A stretch of DNA of 63,739 nt, filler included, from Globobulimina sp. (taxonomy: Eukaryota), in NCBI GenBank assembly GCA_003354225.1. It is 22 parts of 22 records of this genome, joined end to end, with 100 filler letters (N's around TTAATTAATTAA, not from the genome) between each part and the next. Parts side by side here need not be neighbours in the genome. Positions count along the whole stretch, not along the records: positions 49,340 to 52,139 come from PIVH01004836.1; positions 52,240 to 55,039 come from PIVH01004837.1; positions 55,140 to 57,939 come from PIVH01004838.1; positions 58,040 to 60,839 come from PIVH01004839.1; positions 60,940 to 63,739 come from PIVH01004840.1; 17 more parts are not named here. One strand, given 5' to 3'. The position numbers and the translations under genes were made by a program. This document shows, piece by piece, positions 50,344-63,739 of the stretch (position 1 is its first letter; every line of letters begins with the position of its first letter). The notes beneath the pieces were generated by a model. That model did no database searches. It saw nothing but the letters and a program-made list of their open reading frames with translations, and had not been told where the DNA came from.

Positions 50344-51562
50344 TTAATATAATAAAGCCGCCATATTATATCGTATGTATAGCCCTAACAAGCAACACAA
50401 TGATTGAAACGCTAACTGCACGACGCACAAATTCCTTTCACTCATAGGTCCACAAATATGCAAAGCCAGATTAACTAAATTCAAATATCCATCAACACCG
50501 TATAACAACTTATCCTTTGTATTATATTTCGGCAATCTATGCCTCGGACATACGTATCCCCACAATCCAAATAACTGCGGCACAGAATATAAAAAATTCA
50601 ATATCTGCGGTATAAAAAACAACATTAATGTTTTACTGAAATGTCCCATTACACCACAAACCGCTAAACACATCCCGGCAAACATAGTATATGTATCCCC
50701 CACAAACACCGAGGATGGGTAAAAATTATGGCATAATAATCCAGCCGTAGTGCCCACAAATGGTCCCACCAAAAACAGGGACAATACGTGTTGCGATCTG
50801 CCTTGTGAGTCCTGTCCGGCTTCGATGATATTATGTATCATGATGGCAACCCCAATAATATAAGATTGCCCTGCTTCCAATCCATTCAATCCAGCATGAA
50901 TATTGATGGCATTGCAGCAAAACACCAAAACCAATAACATAAACACATAATATATTGCTCCTAACTCTAATTCTGTTGATAAGACAGTGGGAAATAATGA
51001 GACCACATATTGTGGCAACTTGACAAAAGTTACGCCATTGTATGCAATCAATAATGGTAATGAGGCGACTGTGGGTAATATTAATTTATATCTCCATGGG
51101 ATATCTAGTGCGTCATCGACAAATCCTAAGAGTATCATAAAGCAGATGCATAGCAATGATGCATTGTATTCCAATAACTGTAATCAAAATAAATTTAACA
51201 CACATCATTCCAATGCCTAACGGTAACTCAACTTTTTTGTCATGATTAGCGTACCAAAATTGACCAATGACACCCGCTGCAAGATAGACAATGCCGCATG
51301 CGATACCTAAGGATTCTGGGATTTTCACCTCGCCTCCGGGCGTGCCTTTTTTATTGATATCCATACCAAACATTCCGTTTTTGACGGTATAACGTGCCAT
51401 GATTGGGATTAACCAGATTGTGAGACAGAAGGCTGCAACGGAAATAAATAAAATGTGCTTAAATGTTTCGTTTAAAGAGGGTGATATGCTCATTGCAATT
51501 GATGGTCCTAACAATGGGGTTATTAGTAATAAAAAATGAGTGATGTTTAAATTTGAGGTCAT
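50344..51562 (-). CDS. DPAGT1: UDP-GlcNAc:dolichyl-phosphate GlcNAc-1-phosphate transferase (GPT); intron 51178-51232
   Basis: GMDINK, KIPESLG, LLGFVDDALDIPWRYKL, FCCNAINIHAGLNGLEAGQ, VFVGDTY, GHFSKTL, PQILNFLYSVPQL, CPRHRLP. Confidence 0.96.
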
Positions 51563-51617
51563 GGTTTGTTTTGATTTTTTTTGAGCTTGTAAAAAAAAAC
51601 CCTAATCATCAAAGAGA

Positions 51618-52067
51618 ATGTTCAAGTCTCTGAAACGTGTTCAATATGGAATTATTCATAGATGCTCAACTTATTCAAAATCTAATCTGAATCAGATGCC
51701 AAAACCATTGGTTTCATTGTATAAAAATTTTACAGAAAGTTCTATCAAAAAGGAAGGCAATGAATCAATCGAAAGGGAATTGCCTGATCCTCACTTATTG
51801 ATACAAGATCCAAATAATTCAAGTGGTGCACCCAGATATAATGCGGATAATTCAGACAATTCAAGAGTTGCAGAAGAAGAAGAGGTGAATGTGACGGATG
51901 AAATGTTTGTGGAAGGAGTAATTGTCGCAATGGAGGAGTTCTGTCCAGAGGTAAAGGGAATAACTGATGAGGAGAAAGAAGATATGGTAAAATATGCACA
52001 AAAAATAAAAAAACAGCGGTTTAACCCAAATCGTCAGTTTCTTAATGAAGATCTACGGAATGTTTAG
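51618..52067 (+). CDS. Small hypothetical protein with a mitochondrial-transit-like N-terminus
   Basis: Complete 149-aa ORF; N-terminus is R/K/S-rich and lacks acidic residues. Confidence 0.55.
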   Translation: MFKSLKRVQYGIIHRCSTYSKSNLNQMPKPLVSLYKNFTESSIKKEGNESIERELPDPHLLIQDPNNSSGAPRYNADNSDNSRVAEEEEVNVTDEMFVEGVIVAMEEFCPEVKGITDEEKEDMVKYAQKIKKQRFNPNRQFLNEDLRNV

Positions 52068-52350
52068 GCTTCTTTACTTGTCATAAATCGTCATATCGAT
52101 CTCACACAAAAGACAAAACACCTCCACGTATTAAACCATNNNNNNNNNNNNNNNNNNNNNNNNNNNNNNNNNNNNNNNNNNNNTTAATTAATTAANNNNN
52201 NNNNNNNNNNNNNNNNNNNNNNNNNNNNNNNNNNNNNNNAAATAACGAATATTTTTTTTCTAAGTAAATAAATAACTATACATTGTGCAAGGATACATAT
52301 ACTAATACTAAACATAAACAAAAACATATACAAATATATACACCATACAG

Positions 52351-53560
52351 ACCCTACGAATGCACCGATCATGAATCCAACTCGTTCTCCGACACCGTCA
52401 CCGACACAAAATCCGACAAAAACACCCACTAAACCACCTACGAATGCTCCTACACTTAATCCCACACTCTCTCCGACACCGGCACCTACCATATATCCCA
52501 CATTTGATCCCACCGCCGACCCCACAGTGGATCCAACATCTGCACCAACCACACCACCTACAATTACACCCACTAATGCACCAACACACAGTCCTTCAAT
52601 TGCACCAAGTAATGCACCCAGCATAGCGCCTAGCATTGCACCAACACAGAGTCCCTCAATTGCACCAACATCACCACCCACAAATGCACCTACTTTACAC
52701 CCTTCCCATACACCAACACTTGCACCCACATTCTCCCCTACATTAACACCATCCGTATCACCTACATCTCCACCTACATTATCCCCTACACAATCACCCT
52801 CACTCTCTCCATCATTCTCACCCTCCATAACACCCACCAATGCACCAACAAACGCACCCTCAATGGCACCAACTAATGCGCCCAGCACAGCCCCTACCAT
52901 TGCACCAACAACACCACCTTCAATCGCACCTAGTGATGCACCAAGCACCGCGCCTAGTATTGCACCTAGTTTTGCACCATCATTGGCGCCATCATTATCA
53001 CCCACCATGGCACCAACTAACGTACCCAGTGTAGCTCCGTCAATGGCACCAACTAACGCACCTAGTTTTGCTCCAACACCTGCACCATCACGTATCCCCA
53101 CACCCGCACCTTCCATGGGACCTACTAATGCGCCTTCAATCTCGCCATCTGGTTCACCATCACAACCGCCCACAATATCACCATCTGTAGCACCGAGTGA
53201 TGCGCCTTCATTCTCGCCATCATTGGCTCCATCGGTCGCACCTACTTATTCACCATCAGATGCACCGAGTGACGCACCCAGTTTAGCACCAAGCATTGCG
53301 CCCAGTTTAGCTCCGAGTATGGCACCGAGTGATGCTCCAAGCATTGTGCCCAGCATTGCACCTACCTATTCACCATCGGATGCGCCTTCGTTTTCGCCTA
53401 GTTTGGCACCATCAGACGCACCGAGTATCGCACCCTCACAACCTCCGACAACCTCACCCAGTTTGGCACCCTCGGCAATGCCTAGTATGGCACCAAGTAT
53501 AGCGCCTACCCAACCACCCAGTGTGGCGCCCAGTTCTTCACCAAGTACCAGTCCTACATA
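52351..53560 (+). repeat. Degenerate 12-bp coding repeat array (P-T/S tetrapeptides)
   Basis: About 100 units of the NAPT/IAPS/LSPT type; the antisense ORFs here are a by-product. Confidence 0.9.
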
Positions 53561-55039
53561 TACGAGGTATTGCAATTCAGTGTTTTTCATACTAAAACCA
53601 AACGTTTTCCTGATAATATTTATATATATTTCGTATACAAACTGGTTGATTTTTGTAGTTGTAGCAGTTTGGAATATGCATTGCGTGCAGCACAGGACGG
53701 TGACGCTATATTAATGGCAAATGGTGTGTATAACATCTCGTATGGTGTGGATATAATTGGTATGAATAATATTATCATTGTTGGATATCGTGATGATGAG
53801 GAAAGCAGTGTATTGCTGTTTGATTTTGCATCTCATATTATTGCTATGCAGAATAGATCGAGCTTTATTAACATAATCAATTCGAGTAATATCACCTTCC
53901 AACATTTGAAATTTGTTGGCCAGAATATGGTGTCGGATAAGTGGAGTAATTCCAGTACGAGAGAGCATAATATATATGACTTAGATGCGTTGTTTTACAT
54001 TGAAAATTCCCCCGGAATTGAATTTGATGATATCAGTTTCGAATGGTTTAACATATCCAATGCGATAAATATATCCGATGCAAATGATGAGTATGCATCC
54101 TTGGATGATATGGTGGATGGCTTTGCATTGATTAATATACATCATATTTATAATTATTTTGTCAATGAAGCACCTGTGCATGCAGTGACTGTGAAGTTTG
54201 CTGAATGTATTTTTAAAAATAATGACATAACGAATGGATTACTCGTGAAAAGTATTGCTTATTCGCTTAATAATACAGATACGTATACTTTGAAACCAAT
54301 TATTCTGTCTTTTGTCGATTCTCAGGTGGAAAATACATACATTTATAATGATGGTGGGCTGATATTTGCATATAACACGATATTGCATATTGATAACTGT
54401 AACATAAATGATAATGAGATTATTGTCACAGAGGAACATGATGTGGATGAACATACATATCCGTATTGCATTATATGTTTACTGTTTGACGATGATGAGA
54501 TATTATATCAGTATATTAGTGGACAAATCGCCGGAACGCAGTTTACAGCAATGATAATATCGAGTGTGTTTACCAATAATCGGCATCAATTAAGCGGAGG
54601 AATGTTACTGATTCATTCCAGTGTGGATACAGATTCTGTGGTGTTGCTGCAGAATAATACGTTTTATGGCAATTATGTTGGTATTAATGGAGGTGTTATT
54701 CATTTCACATCGTATTCGTCAAATACTTATTTTCAGGATACGACCTATTGCGATATGAATCTTTGTGGAACAAAATTGTCTGTGGTTGGGTGTCAATTTG
54801 AGTTTAATAGAGTTCTTATTGATATTTTGTATGATTATAGTGATGATACCATTGGTGGAGGAGTTTTATTTATAGACATCGAACATAATTATTCATCCAC
54901 AGAAATATTTAGCGGTCATATAGTGCATTTGAATGAGGTTGAAATTGTTGATTCAGTGTTTAGACATAATACTGTCAATATCTCCAATACATCGACACCA
55001 TTTAATGGAGGCATTGTTTACTTTAATTATAATTATATT
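52351..55039 (+). CDS. Adhesin-like extracellular protein: about 400 aa of xAP(S/T) tetrapeptide mucin repeats followed by a right-handed beta-helix region; intron 53567-53658; partial
   Basis: Long P/T/S repeat exon. Then SLEYALRAAQDGDAILMANGVY and repeated F..N...GG(V/I/M) motifs typical of pectin-lyase/PMP-like beta-helices. Confidence 0.75.
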
Positions 55040-55431
55040 NNNNNNNNNNNNNNNNNNNNNNNNNNNNNNNNNNNNNNNNNNNNTTAATTAATTAANNNNN
55101 NNNNNNNNNNNNNNNNNNNNNNNNNNNNNNNNNNNNNNNTTTACATACGAAACATCTATGCAACATAAGCATATGCTATCTTAGTTTAAAAGCAATCTCA
55201 AAAACAACAGGCGATTTTACAATAAAAAATAAAAAAAAACAAAAAAAAAATAGTATATACAGCCATTAGACGTCGTGTGGAGCATATTGGAATGGATGAA
55301 AAGGAATATAATTTTATGGATTAAAATAATAATTAAAATAATAATTAAAACAAACGCAACAGAAACACTACAAACAATAAAGAAACAAATCCAAATCGCG
55401 CTCACGTTCACGCTCACAATCCACCGATTTG

Positions 55432-57842
55432 ATGCACCACAATGATATCGAGCATGTATCACTGGTCTCATCGCCATCGAATTCATTGGTTATGACTGAA
55501 AATGTTTTGTTTAAATACCAGAAATATAAAAAAATGCACGGCACAAAACGAAAATGCTATCAACCACTGCAAAAGAACTATTTCTCAGCACGCTTATTTG
55601 CGAATAATTATCATAGCGGACACAATGGATATTACACACAGAAATTTAATACTAATCTGAATGTAGTCTCAATTGAAAGGATACCGTACCATGGCAATGG
55701 TTCACCGTCTGATTCTACGTCAAAATCATCCAAATCGCCCAAAAACAAAAGCAAAAACAGCAAGAAAGGCAAAAAAGGCAAATCTAAACATAGGAAAAAG
55801 TCAAAGAAAGCCAAGTCCATCGATGAGAACAAAGAGCTACAGACCGAGATGGATGAGATTCAAATACCACCCATCTGCACACAACGCGGCGTGAAAATAT
55901 CCCGCCGCAGAACCGAGAATAATTTATTATCGATTGCAAGGGAAGAAAAAGAGCATTTGCTGCAGTTAAATAACGATCATTTGATGTTAGATTTATTGAC
56001 TGAGATATCCAGCTTACAAAAGGAACACAGACAATCGAAGCAGTGCTATACGGACAAGATACGGGCTTTAGAGCAGGAATTAAAACATGTACAGTCTGAG
56101 AATACTGTCATGCAACAAACACTGCGGTTGTACGAGCAACGCATAGCGCAAATGGAGAGAGTAATAGCTACCAATAATAATAATAATAACAATGGATATG
56201 TACATATGCCGATATATGGGCATAATGGCTATCAAAACCGCCATCAGATCTATTCAATGTATCATCCCATAGCACAGCCACAAGCGTATTATAACGCAGC
56301 CGCATCGTATCAGAATAATGTGAGTGTGGTATCTCGTTCCAGTGGCTCCTCATCACCGGCAACGGCCACTGCCTCTACACCGGCCACCACCTCCTCTCAT
56401 AGGCAAAAAAGCAATGTTTGTCATATTTGTTTGTATTTTGTAGTGTTTTTTGTTTGTTTACACTACATATTTATATATAGAACAAAATAGAGAATGGCCA
56501 CAATGATGATACGGTGATAATATACGATGATACGCCAGTTCATAATGATCGAGAAATGGATTTATCGAATCCATCCTCGGCGGCTTCCAATAAATATCGC
56601 TCCTTAGAAAAGAAATTGCATTTAAAAATACTACGTGAACGAGAGGATGAATTCAAATCGTCTCTCAATGCAAAAACACGCAAAAATGCCAGTTTACGAC
56701 GTAAAAAAAAGTCGATATCGTCCAAGAAATTCGAACCGATTCAATTGCAAAATAATGTCATGTTAAATGACGATGATGATGGTGGTGATGGTGATGCAGT
56801 GATTGAAATCAATCCAAATACAATCTCATTGCCGCTAATTATCGATGAGAGTAAGACCAAACATCATAAATCTGGCAAAACGGATGGATCCTATCAGTCA
56901 ATCAGCGCTCTTTCAGGCGATAAACTGACTGATTTATTGCACTCACAGCATAACAATGACGATGACAATGAGTCTGACTCCAACAGCGATATTATAATTG
57001 TTGTGGACGATGAGGGGGAAGACGACGATGATGAAAAGCATGACTATCCGGGCGAGAATGAGCAAGAAATGTTAAACAATCATAAAAATAACATATTGGA
57101 AGCCTTGCAGGAAGTGGTGGAGCAACAGAGGGCAAAAGAAAAACAGACAACGCAGACAAATACAAACAGCAATAGCAACACCACTACGTCCGGCAGCAAT
57201 GTATCGTCGTTATTTGAGGAGAGAGGGAGTGATCTAATTGGCTCTGATTCTGATTGCTTTTATTTATTTGACGATGATAACAGCGACGAAAATGCAGAGA
57301 ACGACGATGACTCTAAAAACGAGCCGAAGTATACAGATTTAATGAGTGGTCGTATAGCGATGATTAAGATACCGCGATCGGATAAGGACTTGTTAAAAAA
57401 AGTGAAACCGGCTTATAAATATCATTTGGAAATGATCGACGACGACGGCAGCATTGCACTGCAAATTGAACAAAGAAAGAGACGGAGAGATAGAGAGAAA
57501 CAGCAACAACAATTAAAGCAATTATATTCGAGACAGCAGCATCAGCCACAACAGCAGAGGCATAACAGAAGCAATAATCATCATATTCGGATGTGTTATT
57601 TCGAGAATAAACCATTGGGATTTCAAATTAATGAATCACCGCAATGCATATTTGTGACAAATGTATATAATGACAGAGGCACTGCGTGCGATAAAGGCAT
57701 TGAAAGGGGATGGAAAATAATCGAAGTGAATAAACAAAATAATGTTAAAGGAATGATGCAGAAATTGAGGAATAATAAGGGTCCATTTAACATTACATTT
57801 GATACGAATTCGTGTATAAAAAATTATAATAAGATGATTTAA
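55432..57842 (+). CDS. Low-complexity/coiled-coil protein with a C-terminal PDZ-like domain; intron 56416-56480
   Basis: Coiled coil around 55950-56170. C-terminal FENKPLGFQI...IFVTNV...A..KGIERGWKIIEVN...PFNITF. Confidence 0.7.
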
Positions 57843-58039
57843 AACATATTTGATATTATATAATGTTTCAAAATGAGTGTAATAAACTTTGATTAATGTA
57901 TTTTATAGCTTTTTGTATTTTTTTTTTGTGGTTTTTTTTNNNNNNNNNNNNNNNNNNNNNNNNNNNNNNNNNNNNNNNNNNNNTTAATTAATTAANNNNN
58001 NNNNNNNNNNNNNNNNNNNNNNNNNNNNNNNNNNNNNNN

Positions 58040-59698
58040 GTTTAATATATCTAATTTATACTGCAAGTTATTTTGATGAAATTGTATCAAAGTCACATTA
58101 TGCCTTTTATACTGAACCAACGCCCAATCCACAAACTTCATACACTCCTCTTTCAAGCATTCCTTTCCATCCTCACTCTCTTGCACTTTATAAATATAAC
58201 AATCAACTCCCGCTAACAACAAATTCTGAGCGCCCGACGGGTTCAATTGCACATTCTCCGCAACCATTTCCTCATAATATCCATACAATCGCTCCAGATC
58301 TGGCCGCCCACAAAATGTCCCACTGCACAAATTAAACAACAACGAATAAACCGCACAATGTCTTTTTTCATCATACTCCTTCATTAAACCCAATATTTTC
58401 TCCGCATTCTCCCAACCCTCTTCATAGCCAAACGGATAAACTCTGCCATACTCATTCAACGCCTTCAAACAGCATGAATAGGAAAACGAGGTCGGATTCG
58501 GCAAACTATCATTGCTTATCATCTCTTGTAAGATATCAAACGAAGAATTAAAATCTGGCACAGAAGCGTACATTTTCATCAATGACAAGAAAACACTTTC
58601 CTTCGGCGCCCGACCCAAAACATCAAAAGATTGCTGGAACAGTTTCTCGCCCGCTGCCACCAACGATTTATCCCCGTCGTACACAACCTGCCCTATCCCC
58701 GATATCATACATGAATATCCATGATCAGTCATAGATTTTTTGCCAAATTTCTGCACGGAGTAATTCATAAACTTCAGCGCCTTATCAATTTGCTTCGTCG
58801 CAGTATAAAATTTGAGGACTGCGACCCTCAAAAATGTGCCACCGATGTGGTCGTTCAATAAATTTGACTTTTCAGACTCTTCCATATTCATAATGGTCTT
58901 CACCAAACCGGCCGCTCTGTGGAACTCGCGCAGACCCAAAGCATTTGTAAGTAATTGCTGATAAACCTTTGCTGACGGTTTTATTTTATATTCGTGCTCC
59001 ATATCGTCGCGAATTTGGAATGCTTTGTTGAGTGCCGAGTGACTGAAATGGCGTTCCATCGCCAACCAGATTGCGGCTGCAAACACATTGGAAGTCAAAC
59101 CAATCCGATCACGCTTTGTTTGCTCGAAGATGGCGAAACCCGCATCGTACTCTTTTAGGTATCCACACATATGGATGGCTTTGCAAGTTGCCTCGGATAA
59201 AAATCTGGTGTCGACCGGTGCCGCTGGTTTTGGATTGGTAGCAGTTTCATTGTTGTGGGCTGTGTTGGAAACTATAGAATCCACCAAATTGAGCGTGCGC
59301 TGTTGTTTGGCGCTTTGGAAGTTGTCTTTGTGTTTTTGTAGTTGCTGACGGATCTCATCCACGGATCGCGCATTCAAAATGGATGCGTATTGATGTGAAC
59401 TGTCCACGGTTACAAGTGCACGGTGTTGTCGTTCCCATGTCTTTAACTCAACGTTGCTATGTCGGACTGGTGATGTTTTTGATTGTTTGATGGTTTCGAA
59501 TAATTCGCTGTCGGATATTGATTGGAACAATGGGTTTATGGCTGGAGAGTTAGGTTCATTTTCAGCTGAAAATTCTGGACTTTTCTGCTGTTGTGCTGTA
59601 CAGAATTGATACTTGGGAACAGCTGCAGACAAAAGTGTTGATGTTTTGAGCAGATATTTGGTAAAATGACGTCTTGATTTGTGGGCAACCAGTTGCAT
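58040..59698 (-). CDS. Pentatricopeptide-repeat (PPR) protein, probably mitochondrial; 3' end at the contig edge
   Basis: Transit-like N-terminus. Repeats of about 35 aa (IKPSAKVYQQLL, PKESVFLSLMKMY, PNPTSFSYSCCLKA, VYSLLFNLC...YEEMV). Confidence 0.8.
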
Positions 59699-59755
59699 GA
59701 TTATAATATTGATGTTTTTAACTATTCGTTTTCAGTGAATTATTCTCTTTGAAAC

Positions 59756-60400
59756 ATGGGCAATACAAAAAGTAAAACATTCCCCGCCAAAAAGGTAGTA
59801 ATCAATACTGATGTAAAATTTGTTGAATTTGTCAAAGAATATGAGAATTATGCAGCGTTTTGTTCATATTTATCCCATCGCCAAGGCAGCGAAAATATAT
59901 TATTTTTACAAAAAATAACCGCTATTTACCAAATTATTGTTAAATATAAAACATTATATGATGCGTCATGTTATAGTCAAAGAGAAAACAAATGTAATAA
60001 TGACCACGATATAATTACCCAACTTATACACCTTAAATATTTAAGAGATATTTATGGTAGATACGACCATCAAATCCAAGAAATATCACAATGTAAAAAA
60101 AGAAAAACGAATAATTATATAAATATTTATGACATTAAATATTTGAAAGCTGCGTTTAAAACTATTTTTAAAGAGATATACAATGAGTTCATTGATGTGA
60201 ATGCCGTGTACGAAATTAATATATCTTATGAGACTAAAAAAGAATTACAATTACAACTTATGCTCGATTCAGGAACAAAACTCAACTCATTTGACGATTA
60301 TTTACATTTATTTGATGATGTAAATCATGAAATATATGAACTATTATACTCAATGTATGACCATCGATTTAGGCTATATCTCTCTACATATTTTGACTAA
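59756..60400 (+). CDS. Regulator of G-protein signalling (RGS) domain protein with N-myristoylation-like MGN start
   Basis: FCSYL....SENILFL...IYNEFI...A.YEINIS...LFDD...EIYELL. Confidence 0.85.
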   Translation: MGNTKSKTFPAKKVVINTDVKFVEFVKEYENYAAFCSYLSHRQGSENILFLQKITAIYQIIVKYKTLYDASCYSQRENKCNNDHDIITQLIHLKYLRDIYGRYDHQIQEISQCKKRKTNNYINIYDIKYLKAAFKTIFKEIYNEFIDVNAVYEINISYETKKELQLQLMLDSGTKLNSFDDYLHLFDDVNHEIYELLYSMYDHRFRLYLSTYFD

Positions 60401-60939
60401 TTTTTGTGTATAATAATTGATATAAAATTAATCTGTTTGTTTATTGCTTGACTGTTGTTCTATGTTTGTTATGTTTGTTATGTGTTTGTTATATATATTA
60501 ATGTATTGGATCAAACACACTCTCTATTAACCTCCCTATAAATGTAGATATAAATAATTTTCTTAGTGTGTTTGGTTTCGTTGATTGTTTTTATTTTATA
60601 TCCCCATATAAAGTCATTAGTGACCATATATATCATAGCTATATCTACTTATTTTATTTTATTTTAATATGGTTCAAAATTCAAAATGTCTGAAATAAAT
60701 TGTCGTCTGTTTTTTATATCCGACCAGTACTTAACAAACCAGTAAATCTAAAATCTTCTCAGAAAAAAACAGCACAAACCAAAGCAAACAAAAAATTCAA
60801 TCGAAAATCTTTCAATTTATTACACTGCAATCTATGTCCNNNNNNNNNNNNNNNNNNNNNNNNNNNNNNNNNNNNNNNNNNNNTTAATTAATTAANNNNN
60901 NNNNNNNNNNNNNNNNNNNNNNNNNNNNNNNNNNNNNNN

Positions 60940-63739
60940 TCACCATTATTGGTCACCGAATAAGCGCCTTCTTTATCTTTGTCATTGTTTGACAATAAAT
61001 TATTAATAAATGTGCGCGTACTTTCAAATGATTTATTAATTAAAAATTGCAAAATATCGGTTTGAAATTGTGTATCTGTCAATTTATCAAATATTTTATC
61101 ATTGGTTACCATATTCATCAAAGATTTAATGATATCCCATCTTAATTTATGATTTGAGCCCACAATCACGGTCAAAAAATCCCAAATATCATATGTATCG
61201 TCGACAAACTCCATAAAAAATCTCATATTATCAATGGTTGCCTGAATAAATTCTATCTGTGTCAGTGATAACAATCGATATATTTTATCCTCTTCCTTGA
61301 CATTTTGCAATATCTTATTTTCTTTATCCGCAATATATGAGATCATATCTAATATTTCATTCAATGACAATATCTCTGTCGAGACTGTTTGTAAAGGGAT
61401 AATTTTTGCAAATTTCATAAATATTTGAAACGTATACAATCGTAATTTAACCATATTTTCCATGCCAGCCTCAAATTTATTATCTTGATATTTGTGAATG
61501 TATTCAACAATTTTGTTGTGTGCAAAAAGAATTAATTTCTGCGCAGCATTCAGGGACTCAATAATTTCATTATGACTAAGACAATGTAATCGTTTCACAA
61601 ATTTTAAAATCGCATCAAATCCAGAACCTAAATTGTATGTTTCCTGCGTTTGTGATTTGGCACCAAATGCTTCATTTGCTATAGACATCGAAGGTGACAT
61701 TGTTTCAGACACATTGGAAACATTCGAAACATTGGACTTTTGCCGATATTTTCGTTTCTTTTTATACGTCGGTGCCACTTTAGAAGCTACAAATTGTATT
61801 TCTTCATTCTCCGACGTTTTATGTTCCATTCCATCCAAATCTAAATCCTGTTTATTTGCATTATTCATTTCAATCAAAAACGTATGATCCATTTCATACG
61901 CAGTTAAACGAGCTAATTGTTCCAAAATCGTAGTGATTCCACAATTCAATGTCACTAATTCTGCCTCGTCTGCTTGCGTTTTCTCTTCTTTTTCTTCTTG
62001 TTTTTTCTCTTCAAACATAAACACAGGCTGTACATCCAAAATATCCTCCAACTTCCGGATGGGTTTCGGCAAACATTTGATTTGGTCAATGATCATAAAT
62101 GAAGGATCATAACACCACAAACAATGATTCACAAAATCATAGCAAACGCCACCACTCATCACGTCCATCAATGTCACACCAAATGCTTTGGTCACGGGCA
62201 ACAACGGATTCTTACGATGAATAATGGGCTGATAATCAATATGATAAATATTTGGCTGTATTATATTAATGACATCGCCATGGCCATTATTATTATTATT
62301 TAAATACTTATTGATATCCGTTATGGGGTACACCGCCAAATGTATTTTAACCCCGCAAGTTTGGTTCGAGATCCATTGAATAATAATATTGTTCCCCGTC
62401 GAATAGAAATCATAAGACGACGACTGATTTTTATATTGATTCCCAATGGGAGCACACCGAAAATAGCCAATACTCTCAACATCTTTATTGAAAATAAACA
62501 CTTTAAATTGCGACTTTACCAGTGTCAATTGACTGATTTGTCTGCTTATAATGCCGCCGCCCTTTTGGTCAATACTGCCAATAATCCCACCCGACTCTCG
62601 CCCGCCGACCGCACGCGATTTGTTCATTTGAATCCGGGCATCATATTTGGAGCACCATTCGTCATAACGAGAGGACCAGCCATCATAATTTATGCGTATA
62701 CGGTCCGAAGTGGAATCAATGTCAATTATAGTGGCAAAATACCATTTATGTACACTGTCCAAGGCATCCACTTTGCTATTAACCACCAACTCTTCCCTCC
62801 ATTTCTCAGATTCATTCAAATGGCCATCTTTCAACCGCTCATCCAAGAAATGTTCTAATTTGTGCAGATATTCTGTATTGACGCAGACGCAGTCATATTG
62901 ATCTTTATTTTTTGGCGCTGGGATTTGATGGCTGCCGCAGTCACAAAACATCGCCTCGTTGGCACGCGGCAACGTGGCGGATAACACCGTTTTTTTGTAG
63001 CCTAATGATTCTGAGCCAGCCTCTCTGTAACAGCGATTGGAGCAGGCAGCGCAAATAAAATATTTCTTGTCAGCGCCATACAATGTGACTTGCGTCCAAC
63101 GTTGCGGTACGGTCCTTTTTCCGGTGATACTGTAGGAACAAATCCCTTGCCGAGTGGCCAATTTATGCTTACAGATGACCGGGGAATGCAAACCTAATAA
63201 ATACTCATCATTTCCATTGTTATACGAGGTGATTCTGTCAATGTCCGCCACCCAGACCCCGTTATTTGAGATGTTTATCAATTTGCTGCATGGCACCAGA
63301 GTGTCCGTATTGATTTTCACCATCAAATTGTTCAACATTTCGCGTGAGCGGAATAACAATTCGTGCTTGAAAAATGTTAACGAGGTCACCATGATATCTT
63401 TGGATGGGTTTTGGGAGTGCGATTGATATGTTTTTGAAACGTTCCCTCCGTAATATCTCTGTCCATATTTCTCAAATGAATTTATTTGCGCGTTGCCCAA
63501 ACCTTTCTGGTCAGATAACAAACCCGGCGGCGATATGATGCGTAAGAACTGTTTGGTAAATTTGTGATTGACCACATAGACTTTGCCCTGAATGGTGCCG
63601 TTGTATCCCGTGCCAATCTTAAACAGACCAAACTTGCGATGGTAAATATACAAATAAGTGCCATCGGAGGTGATATTGGAATAAATAATATTCCTCCACG
63701 CATCCATGCAGTGCAAATACAATGCTTGTGCTTCCACGT
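60940..63739 (-). CDS. Fragment of a very large protein (MYCBP2/HECTD4-like E3 ligase) with a degenerate UBR-type zinc finger and a Tudor/MBT-like domain
   Basis: ITSDGTYLY...GLFKIGTGYNGTIQGKVY; CSYSITG...Q.W...ICAACSNRC...FCDCGS; KVDALD....WY.ATI......IRINYDGWSSRYDEW. Open across the whole contig. Confidence 0.65.

Noticed and set aside
52184-53590. Gly/Ala/Val-rich minus-strand ORFs
   Set aside because: They are antisense shadows of the P/T/S repeat exon.

Overview
This window is not one locus. It is 22 unrelated contigs of 2800-2803 bp, sorted by decreasing length and joined by identical 100-bp spacers (44 N + TTAATTAATTAA + 44 N), so gene neighbourhood only means something inside a contig. 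Most contigs come from an AT-rich, gene-dense eukaryote with short (about 50-110 nt) GT-AG introns. The gene repertoire and the actin suggest a rhizarian/foraminiferan-like protist (inference). A few segments look chimeric or foreign. Recognisable genes: actin, a MAN1/Src1-type nuclear envelope protein, LtrA, a C2/EF-hand two-pore K+ channel, an SDR, a kelch-mucin surface protein, an LDLa-repeat protein, an intron-containing M4 metalloprotease fused to SRCR, an ARF fusion protein, bacterial-type PARG, a REX4-like pseudo-exonuclease, gelsolin, a MIF4G-NBR1(FW) fusion, an HSL esterase, two 7TM receptors, an ankyrin protein, an MRH-like protein, DPAGT1/ALG7, a PPR protein, an RGS protein and a fragment of a probable large E3 ligase. 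The main feature missed by the ORF track is a selenoprotein M-like gene (12364-12762) with an in-frame UGA in a CxxU motif and a SECIS-like hairpin in its 3' UTR. All family assignments come from motifs read by eye; no searches were run.
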